Positions 30,513 to 38,692 of a DNA stretch of 64,000 bases are shown here, piece by piece (the stretch's first letter is position 1; the number at the start of each line of letters is the position of its first letter). The notes beneath the pieces are model-generated. The model saw only the letters and a list, made by a program, of their open reading frames with translations, ran no database searches and had not been told where the DNA came from. Source of the DNA: Alphaproteobacteria bacterium (lineage in GTDB: Bacteria > Pseudomonadota > Alphaproteobacteria > UBA828); assembly GCA_965237415.1 (NCBI GenBank), contig CBDEFM010000002.1, positions 544,001 to 608,000 of the forward strand. The letters run 5' to 3'. The translations under genes were made by a program, and so were the position numbers.

Positions 30513-32039
30513 ATGTCGATACTGATCGAGGGTGCCACCATCGTCTCGATGGACCCGGACCACGGGAGCGAGCCGTTTCAGGGCAACATCCTGATCGAGG
30601 GGGATCGCATTGCCGCCATCGGCGAGACTAGCACCGACGTCGAGGCCGAACGCGTCATCTCCGGGCAGGGAAAGCTGGTGATCCCGGGCCTCATCAACGG
30701 CCACATCCACACGCCGGAGGCTTTCGCCAAGGGACGCTACGACAACATGCCGTTGGAGCTGTGGATGACGCTCGCCTATGGCATCCTCGGCGCTGCCGAG
30801 CTCACCCCGCGCATGATCTATCTGCGCTCCGCGCTCTGCGCCATGGACGCGATCAAGACCGGCGTCACGTTCTTCTCCGACGACATCCTGGAATTCCCGC
30901 TCCAGTCCATGGAGACCCTCGGCGCGGTCTTCCAGGCCTACGAAGATGTCGGGCTCCGCGCCTCGATCTCCGGCCACGTGATCGACCGCAAGCTGCCTGA
31001 CACGATCGTCTATCTGAACGACCATCTGCCGGGCGATCTGAAGAGCGAGATCGACGAGATGGTGCCGCCGACCGCGGACGAGTTCACCGCCTTCTGCGAG
31101 GAGGCGCTTTCCCTCTATCACAACCGCGCCGGCAGGCTCCGCTTCATGCCGGCGCCCTCCGGCCCCCAGCGCTGCACCGTGCCCCTGATGCGCGCGGCCG
31201 ACGAGTTCGCCCAGGCGAATGGATTGCCCTTCCACACCCACATCCTCGAATCGAAGGTGCAGGCGGTCACCGGCCGCGAGCTCTACGGCAAGACGCTGAT
31301 CCGCTACATGCACGATCTCGGCCTGCTCACCCGCAACACAACCATCGCCCACGGTATCTGGCTCACCGACGATGACATCGCGCTGATGGGCGAGGCGCGC
31401 TGCTCGGTGGTGCATAACGCGCTCTCCAACCTCAAGCTGGGCTCGGGCATCTGCCCGGTGCGCCGCTTGTTGGATTCCGGTGTCAATCTGGCGCTCGGCT
31501 CGGACGGGATTTCCACCAGCGACACGCCGCGCATGTTCAGCGTGATGCAGTGCGCGGGCCTGATGCACAACATCTCCTCACCGGACAACTCGTATTGGCT
31601 CGACGCCCACGAGGTGCTCCATGCGGCGACCCTCGGCGGCGCCTACAGCGTGCTCATGGAGGACGAGATCGGCTCGCTGGAGCCCGGCAAGCGCGCGGAC
31701 ATGGCGATCCTCGACATGCGCACGGCCAACTTCACGCCGCTCAACGACGTGCGCAACCACCTCGTCTATTGCGAGAACGGCTCTTCGGTCGAGACGGTGA
31801 TCGTCAACGGCGAGATCATGGTGGAGGACGGCACGCTCACACGGGTCGACGAGGTCGCGCTGATGGACGAGCTGCGCGACATGATGCCCACGATCAAGGC
31901 CGATCAGGAACGGCTCGAGGCGAAGAACAAGGCGTTCATCCCGCCGCTCGCCGAGGTCTGGCGCCGCTGCGCCCAGACCGATATCGGCATCAACCGCTGG
32001 GGCAGCGACAATCAGCCGCGCTGGCCGACCAACCGCTAG
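30513..32039 (+). CDS. Metal-dependent amidohydrolase (SsnA/AtzA/MTA-deaminase-like)
   Basis: PGLINGHIH, HTHILE, AHGIW, SNLKLGSG, LGSDG, GSLEPGKRAD. Confidence 0.88.
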   Translation: MSILIEGATIVSMDPDHGSEPFQGNILIEGDRIAAIGETSTDVEAERVISGQGKLVIPGLINGHIHTPEAFAKGRYDNMPLELWMTLAYGILGAAELTPRMIYLRSALCAMDAIKTGVTFFSDDILEFPLQSMETLGAVFQAYEDVGLRASISGHVIDRKLPDTIVYLNDHLPGDLKSEIDEMVPPTADEFTAFCEEALSLYHNRAGRLRFMPAPSGPQRCTVPLMRAADEFAQANGLPFHTHILESKVQAVTGRELYGKTLIRYMHDLGLLTRNTTIAHGIWLTDDDIALMGEARCSVVHNALSNLKLGSGICPVRRLLDSGVNLALGSDGISTSDTPRMFSVMQCAGLMHNISSPDNSYWLDAHEVLHAATLGGAYSVLMEDEIGSLEPGKRADMAILDMRTANFTPLNDVRNHLVYCENGSSVETVIVNGEIMVEDGTLTRVDEVALMDELRDMMPTIKADQERLEAKNKAFIPPLAEVWRRCAQTDIGINRWGSDNQPRWPTNR

Positions 32040-32071
32040 AGCGGCCGGCCAAGCGGGAAGAGGAGGCCGCC

Positions 32072-32872
32072 ATGACCCGCCCCGTGCGCATCGCGGAGAT
32101 CAACTGGACCGAGTACGACCGGCGGGTGCGGGAAGAGCAGCCCGTGGTGATCCTCCCGGTCGGCTCATTGGAGCAGCACGGGCCGCATCTGCCCATGAAC
32201 TGCGATGCCGTGATCCCCACCGCGCTCGCCGAGCGGGTCGCGGCACGCACGGGCGATCTGGTCGCGCCCACCTTCTGTTACGGCTACAAGTCGCAGCCCA
32301 AGTCGGGCGGCGGCAACCACTTCCCCGGCACCACCAGCCTCGACGGCGAGACCCTGATCCGCATGACACGCGACATCGTTTGCGAGTTCGCCCGCCACGG
32401 CGTGCGCCGCATGACGGTGGTCGACGGCCACTACGAGAACAACATGTTCCTGGTGGAAGGCATCGACCTCGCGCTGCGTGAGCTAAGGCGGGATGGCGTC
32501 CACGACATGCGCATCGCCAAGATTCCTTACTGGGAATATGTCACCGAGGAGACGATGCAGGCCGCCTGGCCCGATGGCTTCCCCGGATGGCCGCTCGAAC
32601 ATGCGGGGCTGATGGAAACCTCGGTCATGCTTCACCTGCATCCCGCGCTTGTGGACATGACGCAGGCGCCCGATCATCCGCCGGCCGACTTCCCGCTCTA
32701 CGACATCTACCCGACGGACACCTCCCGGGTGCCCTGGACCGGCGCGCTCTCGCCCTCCGTCGCCGCGACGGCGGAGAAAGGCGAGCGATTCGTCGCCGAC
32801 TACGTGGACGGCATGACCGACGCAATCATCGATATTTTCGGGTCGAGGCGGCGCGACATCGCGGCCGAATAG
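32072..32872 (+). CDS. crnA: Creatininase (creatinine amidohydrolase)
   Basis: PVGSLEQHGPHLP..D, YGYKSQPKSGGGNHFPGTTSLD, DGHYEN, EHAGLMETS, matching bona fide creatininases. Confidence 0.88.
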   Translation: MTRPVRIAEINWTEYDRRVREEQPVVILPVGSLEQHGPHLPMNCDAVIPTALAERVAARTGDLVAPTFCYGYKSQPKSGGGNHFPGTTSLDGETLIRMTRDIVCEFARHGVRRMTVVDGHYENNMFLVEGIDLALRELRRDGVHDMRIAKIPYWEYVTEETMQAAWPDGFPGWPLEHAGLMETSVMLHLHPALVDMTQAPDHPPADFPLYDIYPTDTSRVPWTGALSPSVAATAEKGERFVADYVDGMTDAIIDIFGSRRRDIAAE

Positions 32873-32889
32873 GGGAGGGGACGTCAGCC

Positions 32890-33849
32890 ATGAGCGAGGG
32901 TTTCTACGAGCCGGTGAGCGGCATGGACATGCCGCGCTTCAGCGCGATGCCGACCTTCATGCGGCTGCCCCATGTCACGGATTTCTCGGCCGTGGACATC
33001 GCGCTGGTCGGCGTGCCCTGGGATAACGGCACCACCAACCGCGCCGGCGCCCGCCACGGCCCGCGCGAGATCCGCAACATGTCGAGCCTGATGCGGCGCA
33101 CCCATCACACGCTCGGCATCTGCCCCTACGAGCTTTGCCGGGTCGCCGACTGCGGCGATGCGAGCGTCAACCCGATCGATCTGAACGACACGATCGGTCG
33201 CGTCGAGCGCTTCTTCACCGCGCTGCACGAGGCCGGCGCGGTGCCGCTCTCGGCCGGCGGCGACCACCTCATCACGCTCCCGGTCATGCGAGCCATCGCC
33301 AGGGACCGACCCCTCGGCCTGATCCATTTCGATGCTCACTCAGACACGTGGGACAGCTATTTCGGCGGCTTCAAGATCACGCATGGCACGCTCTTCCGCC
33401 GCGCCGTTGAGGAGGGGCTGCTCGACCCGAAGCGGACCATCCAGATCGGCATACGCGGTTCGGTCTACGACCTCCACGACATGGACTTCGCGCACGACTC
33501 GGGGATGCGCGTCATCACCATCGAGGAGTATTTCGATCTCGGCTGGGAGAAGGTGGTGGCCGAGGCCCGCGCCGTCGTCGGCGACGGCCCGACCTACATC
33601 AGCTTCGACGTGGACGGGCTCGATCCGGTCTATGCGCCGGGCACCGGCACGCCCGAGATCGGTGGCTTTTCGACCTACGAGGCGCAGCGCATGTTGCGCG
33701 GTGCGCGCGGCCTGAATCTGGTTGGCGGCGACGTGGTTGAGGTCGCACCTCCCTTCGACCCCAGCGGCAACACGGCGCTGGTGGGGGCCACCATGATGTT
33801 CGAAATCCTGTGCGTGCTGGCTGAGGCGGTGGCCGCCGCCAAACGCTGA
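32890..33849 (+). CDS. Ureohydrolase (agmatinase / guanidinoacid amidinohydrolase family)
   Basis: RAGARHGP, GGDH, DAHSD, HGT, SFDVDGLDP..APGTGTPE, DVVEVAP. Confidence 0.9.
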   Translation: MSEGFYEPVSGMDMPRFSAMPTFMRLPHVTDFSAVDIALVGVPWDNGTTNRAGARHGPREIRNMSSLMRRTHHTLGICPYELCRVADCGDASVNPIDLNDTIGRVERFFTALHEAGAVPLSAGGDHLITLPVMRAIARDRPLGLIHFDAHSDTWDSYFGGFKITHGTLFRRAVEEGLLDPKRTIQIGIRGSVYDLHDMDFAHDSGMRVITIEEYFDLGWEKVVAEARAVVGDGPTYISFDVDGLDPVYAPGTGTPEIGGFSTYEAQRMLRGARGLNLVGGDVVEVAPPFDPSGNTALVGATMMFEILCVLAEAVAAAKR

Positions 33850-33863
33850 CAAGGGAGGGGACG

Positions 33864-34334
33864 ATGAACGACGAAACCTACATGCGGCGGGCGATCGCGC
33901 TCTGCGAAGTGAAGATGGCGGCCGGCGAAGGCGGCTACTGCGCGACGATCATCGTGCGCGACGGCGAGATGATCGGCGAGGGCTGGAACAATGTTGCCGA
34001 GAACCACGACGCCACCGGCCATTGCGAAATCAACGCCATCCGCGACGCCGGCAAGCGTACGGGAAACTGGGACCTCTCCGGCTCGGTGCTCTACACGACG
34101 TGGGAGCCCTGCGTCATGTGCGCCGCGGCGATCTGGTGGGCGCGGATCGATCGGGTGTTCTACGGCAATCTCCTCTCCCAAGCAGCCGAACTCGGTATCG
34201 ACATCAGCGAGCTGGAGACCGAGGTCGCGACTTCGAGCGAGCAGCGCAGCCGCCCCTACCGGCGACTGCTGGGCGATGAAACCTTCGCCATGTTCAAGGC
34301 ATGGTGGGACAGCGGGGACCGCACCACGATCTAA
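33864..34334 (+). CDS. Zn-dependent nucleobase/nucleoside deaminase (CDA fold, guanine-deaminase-like)
   Basis: DATGHCEINAIR and EPCVMC motifs. Confidence 0.85.
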   Translation: MNDETYMRRAIALCEVKMAAGEGGYCATIIVRDGEMIGEGWNNVAENHDATGHCEINAIRDAGKRTGNWDLSGSVLYTTWEPCVMCAAAIWWARIDRVFYGNLLSQAAELGIDISELETEVATSSEQRSRPYRRLLGDETFAMFKAWWDSGDRTTI

Positions 34335-34340
34335 TGGCGC

Positions 34341-34369
34341 TTGCACCGCTGAAGCGAGCGCGCCATATA
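34341..34369 (+). promoter_or_regulatory. Sigma70-type promoter for the small extended-SD transcript
   Basis: TTGCAC-N17-CATATA, close to the alphaproteobacterial consensus. Confidence 0.55.
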
Positions 34370-34403
34370 CGAAATGTCGTCAACAACGAAAGGAGGTGAT
34401 CCA

Positions 34404-34478
34404 ATGTGTGACAGTCGTAAACCGCGATCGGCGGTCACCGTGATCTGGGTCTCCCCCTGCGATGGGGCCCACGGCTGA
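34404..34478 (+). CDS. 24-aa small ORF preceded by a 16-nt extended Shine-Dalgarno (rreB/rreR-like small mRNA)
   Basis: GAAAGGAGGTGATCCA (34388-34403) abuts the ATG. Encodes MCDSRKPRSAVTVIWVSPCDGAHG*. Confidence 0.65.
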   Translation: MCDSRKPRSAVTVIWVSPCDGAHG

Positions 34479-34514
34479 CGGTGACGACGCGATCTGCGGA
34501 TCGCGGATTGACAG

Positions 34515-34545
34515 GGAAGGGCCGCCCGATGCGGGCGGCCCTTCC
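34515..34545 (+). terminator. Perfect 13-bp hairpin closing the small transcript
   Basis: GGAAGGGCCGCCC-GATGC-GGGCGGCCCTTCC. Confidence 0.7.
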
Positions 34546-34589
34546 AACGTTACGGGTGCGCGCGCGGGGCGCTAGCCCTGGCGGCTCGC

Positions 34590-35129
34590 ATGATCGAGGG
34601 TGTGCCGGAGGTCGCCGCGACGGGCGTGATTCCCGCAGGATTCTGGCGGCGCGTGGCGGCGTGGGTCATCGACGGCATCCTCGTGATGGTGAGCTTCTTC
34701 ATCGTTGGGATTTACCTCTGGCCCGATCTGGTGGAGACCACGACGCTCGTCTCCCAGGTCGATGGTGCGCGGTTGGAAACCGTGCGCTACGCACCGACCA
34801 TGCTAGGCACTGCGGTTCTCGGCATCGCCTTCTGGGCCTACGTGGCGCTCCAGGAATGCGGGCCGGCCCAGGCGACCCTCGGCAAGCGGATGCTGCGGCT
34901 GCAGGTCACGGGGCTTGACGGCGCGCGCGCCTCGCTACTCACGGCAAGCTTCCGCAGCTGGCCGCGCTGGCTGCCGGGGATTCTCGGGGTCATCGGCATT
35001 CTCGATGCCATCGGAGGCCTTGCCGCCCTTGCCGCTTGTATCGCTGTCGCCTTCACCCGACGCAAACAGGGGCTGCACGACATGATGGCACGGTGCCTGG
35101 TGGTGCGCCGGCCGCCGCCTGTCCTATGA
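34590..35129 (+). CDS. RDD family membrane protein
   Basis: AGFWRRVAAWVID, QATLGKR, RKQGLHD. Confidence 0.88.
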   Translation: MIEGVPEVAATGVIPAGFWRRVAAWVIDGILVMVSFFIVGIYLWPDLVETTTLVSQVDGARLETVRYAPTMLGTAVLGIAFWAYVALQECGPAQATLGKRMLRLQVTGLDGARASLLTASFRSWPRWLPGILGVIGILDAIGGLAALAACIAVAFTRRKQGLHDMMARCLVVRRPPPVL

Positions 35130-35222
35130 GGAGCGCGCGGAGGGTACTCGCACCGGCTGGGCTTTTGCGCCATGATCGCGCGCCGGCGGGGCGGGGAGCC
35201 GGCTGGGGCAGGGGGCGAAGAG

Positions 35223-36152
35223 ATGGCCGCTGAGCGCGCGAACGAGCGGGTCTGCTACTTCAACGGAGAGATCGTGCCGGAAAGCCGGGCCGTGGTCTCC
35301 TTCCGCGACAGGAGCTTTCGTTACGGCGATGGGGCCTTTGACACGACCCGCACCTTCGGGCACCGCATCTTCAAGCTCGAAGAGCATATCGTGCGCTTCT
35401 ACAAGACGCTTCGCTATCTGCGGATCGACCCCGGAATGGCGCCGTCGGAGATGAAGCGCCACACGGAGGAGGTCCTCGCCCGCAATCTCCACCTGCTCGG
35501 GCCGGACGAGGATTATTGGGTCTTCCAGCGCATCTCCCGCGGCCTGGAGCCGGCGGGCGGCGATGTCCACGGCGCGACCGACCCGGTGCTCATCATCGAT
35601 TGCACACCGCTTCCGATTCCCCAACGCGCCCACTACTTCCGCGACGGGATTCCGCTGATGGTTCCATCGACCCGCCGTGCGGCACCGGATTCGCTCTCCC
35701 CCAGGGCGAAGACCCACAACTATCTCAATCTGTTCGTAGGCAACGACGAGGTCCGCCGCCGCGACCCCAATGCCTGGGCGCTGTTCCTCGACCACAACGG
35801 CAATCTCTGCGAGGGCGTCGGCTCCAATATCTTCCTCATCACTGACGGCGTGCTCTACACGCCGCAGGACCGCTACGTGCTCAACGGCATCAGCCGCGAG
35901 ACCGCGCTGGAGCTTGCGGCGGAAGCGGACATCGAGGTGGTGAAGTGCGATCTCGACCTCTTCGATGCCCACGGCGCCGACGAAGCCTTCATCACCTCCA
36001 CGAGCTTCTGCGTCTGCCCGGTCGCGACCATCAACGATGTGTCCTTCGGTGAGCGGGGGATCCCCGGTCCGGTGACGGAGCGGCTGATGACGCTCTACTG
36101 CGAGTTGATCGGCTTCGATTTCGTGGCCCAATACCTCAAGCACCTGCACTAG
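35223..36152 (+). CDS. PLP-dependent aminotransferase class IV (BCAT/D-AAT/ADCL family)
   Basis: YGDGAFDTTR, AKTHNY (PLP lysine), EGVGSNIF, LNGISR, ADEAFITST. Confidence 0.9.
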   Translation: MAAERANERVCYFNGEIVPESRAVVSFRDRSFRYGDGAFDTTRTFGHRIFKLEEHIVRFYKTLRYLRIDPGMAPSEMKRHTEEVLARNLHLLGPDEDYWVFQRISRGLEPAGGDVHGATDPVLIIDCTPLPIPQRAHYFRDGIPLMVPSTRRAAPDSLSPRAKTHNYLNLFVGNDEVRRRDPNAWALFLDHNGNLCEGVGSNIFLITDGVLYTPQDRYVLNGISRETALELAAEADIEVVKCDLDLFDAHGADEAFITSTSFCVCPVATINDVSFGERGIPGPVTERLMTLYCELIGFDFVAQYLKHLH

Positions 36153-36164
36153 GAGACCGCCCTC

Positions 36165-37133
36165 ATGCTTGAGATCGTCAAGCCGGGCCTCGAGACCAGT
36201 ATCCAGGATTTCCCCGGCCGCATCGGTTACTGGAACCAAGGGTTCCCGCCCTCCGGCCCGTTGGACATGTGGTCCTTCCGCCTCGCCAATCTGGTGGTCG
36301 GCAACGACGAGGGCGCGCCGGGGCTGGAGGCCCAGTTCATGGGGCCGACCATCCGCTTCGAGCGCAGCGGCGTGATCGCGATGACCGGGGCCAACATGCG
36401 CCCGATCCTCGACGGTCAGCCGCTGCCGATGTGGGAGAGTGTCGCGGTGGACGCAGGGCAAACGCTCGTGATGGGACCGGCCGTCGCCGGCGCTCGCGGT
36501 TACCTGGCGGTGGCCGGTGGCATCGATGCGCCGGAGTGGCTCGGCTCGGCGTCGACCTTCCACAAGGCCGGCGTCGGTGGGTTGGACGGCCACGCGGTGC
36601 AGGCGGGGCAGGTGCTCCCGGTGAAGGAGGCCGCAGGCACGCCGGGCCGGCGGGTCGCGGAGCGCGCGCGGCCGACATTTCCGGGAGGAAAGACCTGGGA
36701 AGTCGAGGCGGTGCGGGGGCCCAACGACGACTGGATCGACGACGCCGGTCACGAGCGCTTCACCGAGACGGCGTGGCTGCTCGAGGCGCGGAGCGACCGC
36801 ACCGGCTATCGGCTCAGGGGGCCGGACTGGACCTTCACCGAGAAGGCCACCGACAAGCTGCCGGAGCACGGCGACTTCCCGTCCAACATCATCGACCAGG
36901 GCTATCCGCTGGGCGCGGTCAACCTGGGAGGCCAGACCCCCATCATCCTGATGAACGACGGTCCCAGTATGGGCGGCTTCATCTGCCCCTACACGGTGCC
37001 GTCCGCCGCCTTCTGGAAGCTCGGTCAGATGAAGCCTAACGAGTCCATCAAGTTCCGCGAGGTTTCGGTGGGGGAGGCGCAGGAGTTGCGTTTTACCCTC
37101 GACGAGGCCTGCACGCGGGGCAGCATCGAATAA
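36165..37133 (+). CDS. Biotin-dependent carboxyltransferase family / PxpC (KipA/AHS2)-like
   Basis: PGLETSIQDFPGR, GFPPSGPLD, ANLVVGN, SDRTGYRL, DGPSMGG. Confidence 0.85.
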   Translation: MLEIVKPGLETSIQDFPGRIGYWNQGFPPSGPLDMWSFRLANLVVGNDEGAPGLEAQFMGPTIRFERSGVIAMTGANMRPILDGQPLPMWESVAVDAGQTLVMGPAVAGARGYLAVAGGIDAPEWLGSASTFHKAGVGGLDGHAVQAGQVLPVKEAAGTPGRRVAERARPTFPGGKTWEVEAVRGPNDDWIDDAGHERFTETAWLLEARSDRTGYRLRGPDWTFTEKATDKLPEHGDFPSNIIDQGYPLGAVNLGGQTPIILMNDGPSMGGFICPYTVPSAAFWKLGQMKPNESIKFREVSVGEAQELRFTLDEACTRGSIE

Positions 37134-37146
37134 GGGAGGCCAGTTC

Positions 37147-37362
37147 ATGGCGGAGGAGGTTCTGACCCAGGCGCCGGGCAACGTGTGGAAGGTCCTGGTG
37201 AAAGAGGGCGATTCGGTCAAGGCGGGCGATACGCTGTTCATCCTCGAAGTGATGAAGACCGAGGTGCCTCACGACGCCGAGAGCAACGGCGTGATCAAGA
37301 CGCTCCATATCAAGGAGGAAGACGCCGTCGACGTGGGCCAGCTCGCGGTGGAGATCGAGTAG
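37147..37362 (+). CDS. Stand-alone biotin carboxyl carrier protein
   Basis: PGNVWKVLVKEGD…ILEVMKTE biotinylation motif. GGGAGG RBS. Confidence 0.88.
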   Translation: MAEEVLTQAPGNVWKVLVKEGDSVKAGDTLFILEVMKTEVPHDAESNGVIKTLHIKEEDAVDVGQLAVEIE

Positions 37363-37399
37363 ACCGCGCACGGCAGGCGCCGGCCGCAGGGAGCGGGCA

Positions 37400-38650
37400 A
37401 TGCGCGTCCTGGTGCTCGGCGCCGGGGTCGTCGGCACCGCGGCCGCCTACTTCCTGAACGAGGCCGGCCACGACGTCACCGCGGTGGAGCGGCAGGCCGG
37501 TGCCGGCCTGGAGACCAGCTTCGCCAACGGGGGGATCGTAGGGGCATACAGCTCCCGGCCCTGGGCGCACCCCGAAGTGCCCCGCATGTTGATCAAGTGG
37601 TTCGGGCGCGAGGATGCGCCCTACCTGTTCCGTCTTCGCCCCGACCTCGCCCAGTGGCGCTGGGCCGTGAACTTTCTGCGCCATTGCACGCGGGCGCATT
37701 TCGAGCGCTCCCAGCAGGTCTCACTCAGGCTTTCGACGTACAGCTACGACTGTCTCAAGGCGCTGCGCGAGAAGGAGGGGCTCGCCTACGACCAGCGCGC
37801 CAAGGGGGTTCTGCACCTCTACCGCGATTCCGCGTCGCTGGATGCGTCCTACAAGTACGAGACGCGGATGGCGGACGTCCGCTTCCATCCCGAGCGCCTC
37901 GACCGGGACGAAATGCTCGACGCCGAGCCTGCGCTGCAGCAGACGGCGGATCAGTTCGCGGGCGCGATCTTCTTCGCGAACGACGAATCGGGCGATGCGC
38001 ACAAGTTCACGGCGGCCCTAGCTGCGACCGCGGCCGCGAACGGCGTGACCTTCCGCTATGGCGAGACGGTGCGGCGGCTGACCGGCGATCGCCGGCGCGT
38101 GACCGGCGCGGAGACCGACAAGGGCGCCATCGAGGCCGATGCGGTGGTGATGAGCCTCGCGAGCTACAGCCCGCCATTTCTCAAGCGTCTCGGTTTGCGG
38201 GCGCCGATCTATCCGCTCAAGGGCTATTCGGTGACCATTCCCACCGCGGGCTACAACGGCGCGCCGACCCGCGCCATTCACGACGGCCACCGGCGCATCG
38301 TGATGAGCCGGCTCGGCGATCGGCTCCGCTGCGCCGGCACCGCCGAACTCGACGGCCACAACGCGACCATCCGCGCCGATCGTGCCACCGCGACGCTGGA
38401 CGCGGCGATGGCGGTCTTCCCGAGTTGCGGCGACCGAGCCAAGGCCGAGCGCTGGATAGGCTTCAGGCCGATGACGCCCGATTGCCTGCCGATCATCGGC
38501 AAGACCCGGATCCCCGGTCTCTACATGGACACCGGCCACGGCAGCACCGGCTGGACCTACTCGTCCGGCTCCGGGCGCCTCATCGCCGACATCGTCTCGG
38601 GCCGCGAGCCCGAGATCGACATGACAGGCCTCTCTCCGGACCGCTTCTAG
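37400..38650 (+). CDS. dadA: D-amino acid dehydrogenase
   Basis: VLGAGVVG, ETSFANGG, DESGDA, YPLKGYS, RPMTPD, TGHG..GWT. Confidence 0.88.
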   Translation: MRVLVLGAGVVGTAAAYFLNEAGHDVTAVERQAGAGLETSFANGGIVGAYSSRPWAHPEVPRMLIKWFGREDAPYLFRLRPDLAQWRWAVNFLRHCTRAHFERSQQVSLRLSTYSYDCLKALREKEGLAYDQRAKGVLHLYRDSASLDASYKYETRMADVRFHPERLDRDEMLDAEPALQQTADQFAGAIFFANDESGDAHKFTAALAATAAANGVTFRYGETVRRLTGDRRRVTGAETDKGAIEADAVVMSLASYSPPFLKRLGLRAPIYPLKGYSVTIPTAGYNGAPTRAIHDGHRRIVMSRLGDRLRCAGTAELDGHNATIRADRATATLDAAMAVFPSCGDRAKAERWIGFRPMTPDCLPIIGKTRIPGLYMDTGHGSTGWTYSSGSGRLIADIVSGREPEIDMTGLSPDRF

Positions 38651-38692
38651 CGGCTTCGCGTCCGGTGCGCTGGCCGTGCCGGCCGGCGCGGG

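Noticed and set aside
34388-34403. Possible 16S rRNA gene fragment on the minus strand
   Set aside because: The match is limited to 16 nt and the flanks do not continue as rRNA. Promoter, ORF and terminator context favour an extended SD.
33991-34443. 150-aa ORF overlapping the deaminase and the extended SD
   Set aside because: Alternative frame of the deaminase gene with low-complexity R/S/P composition.
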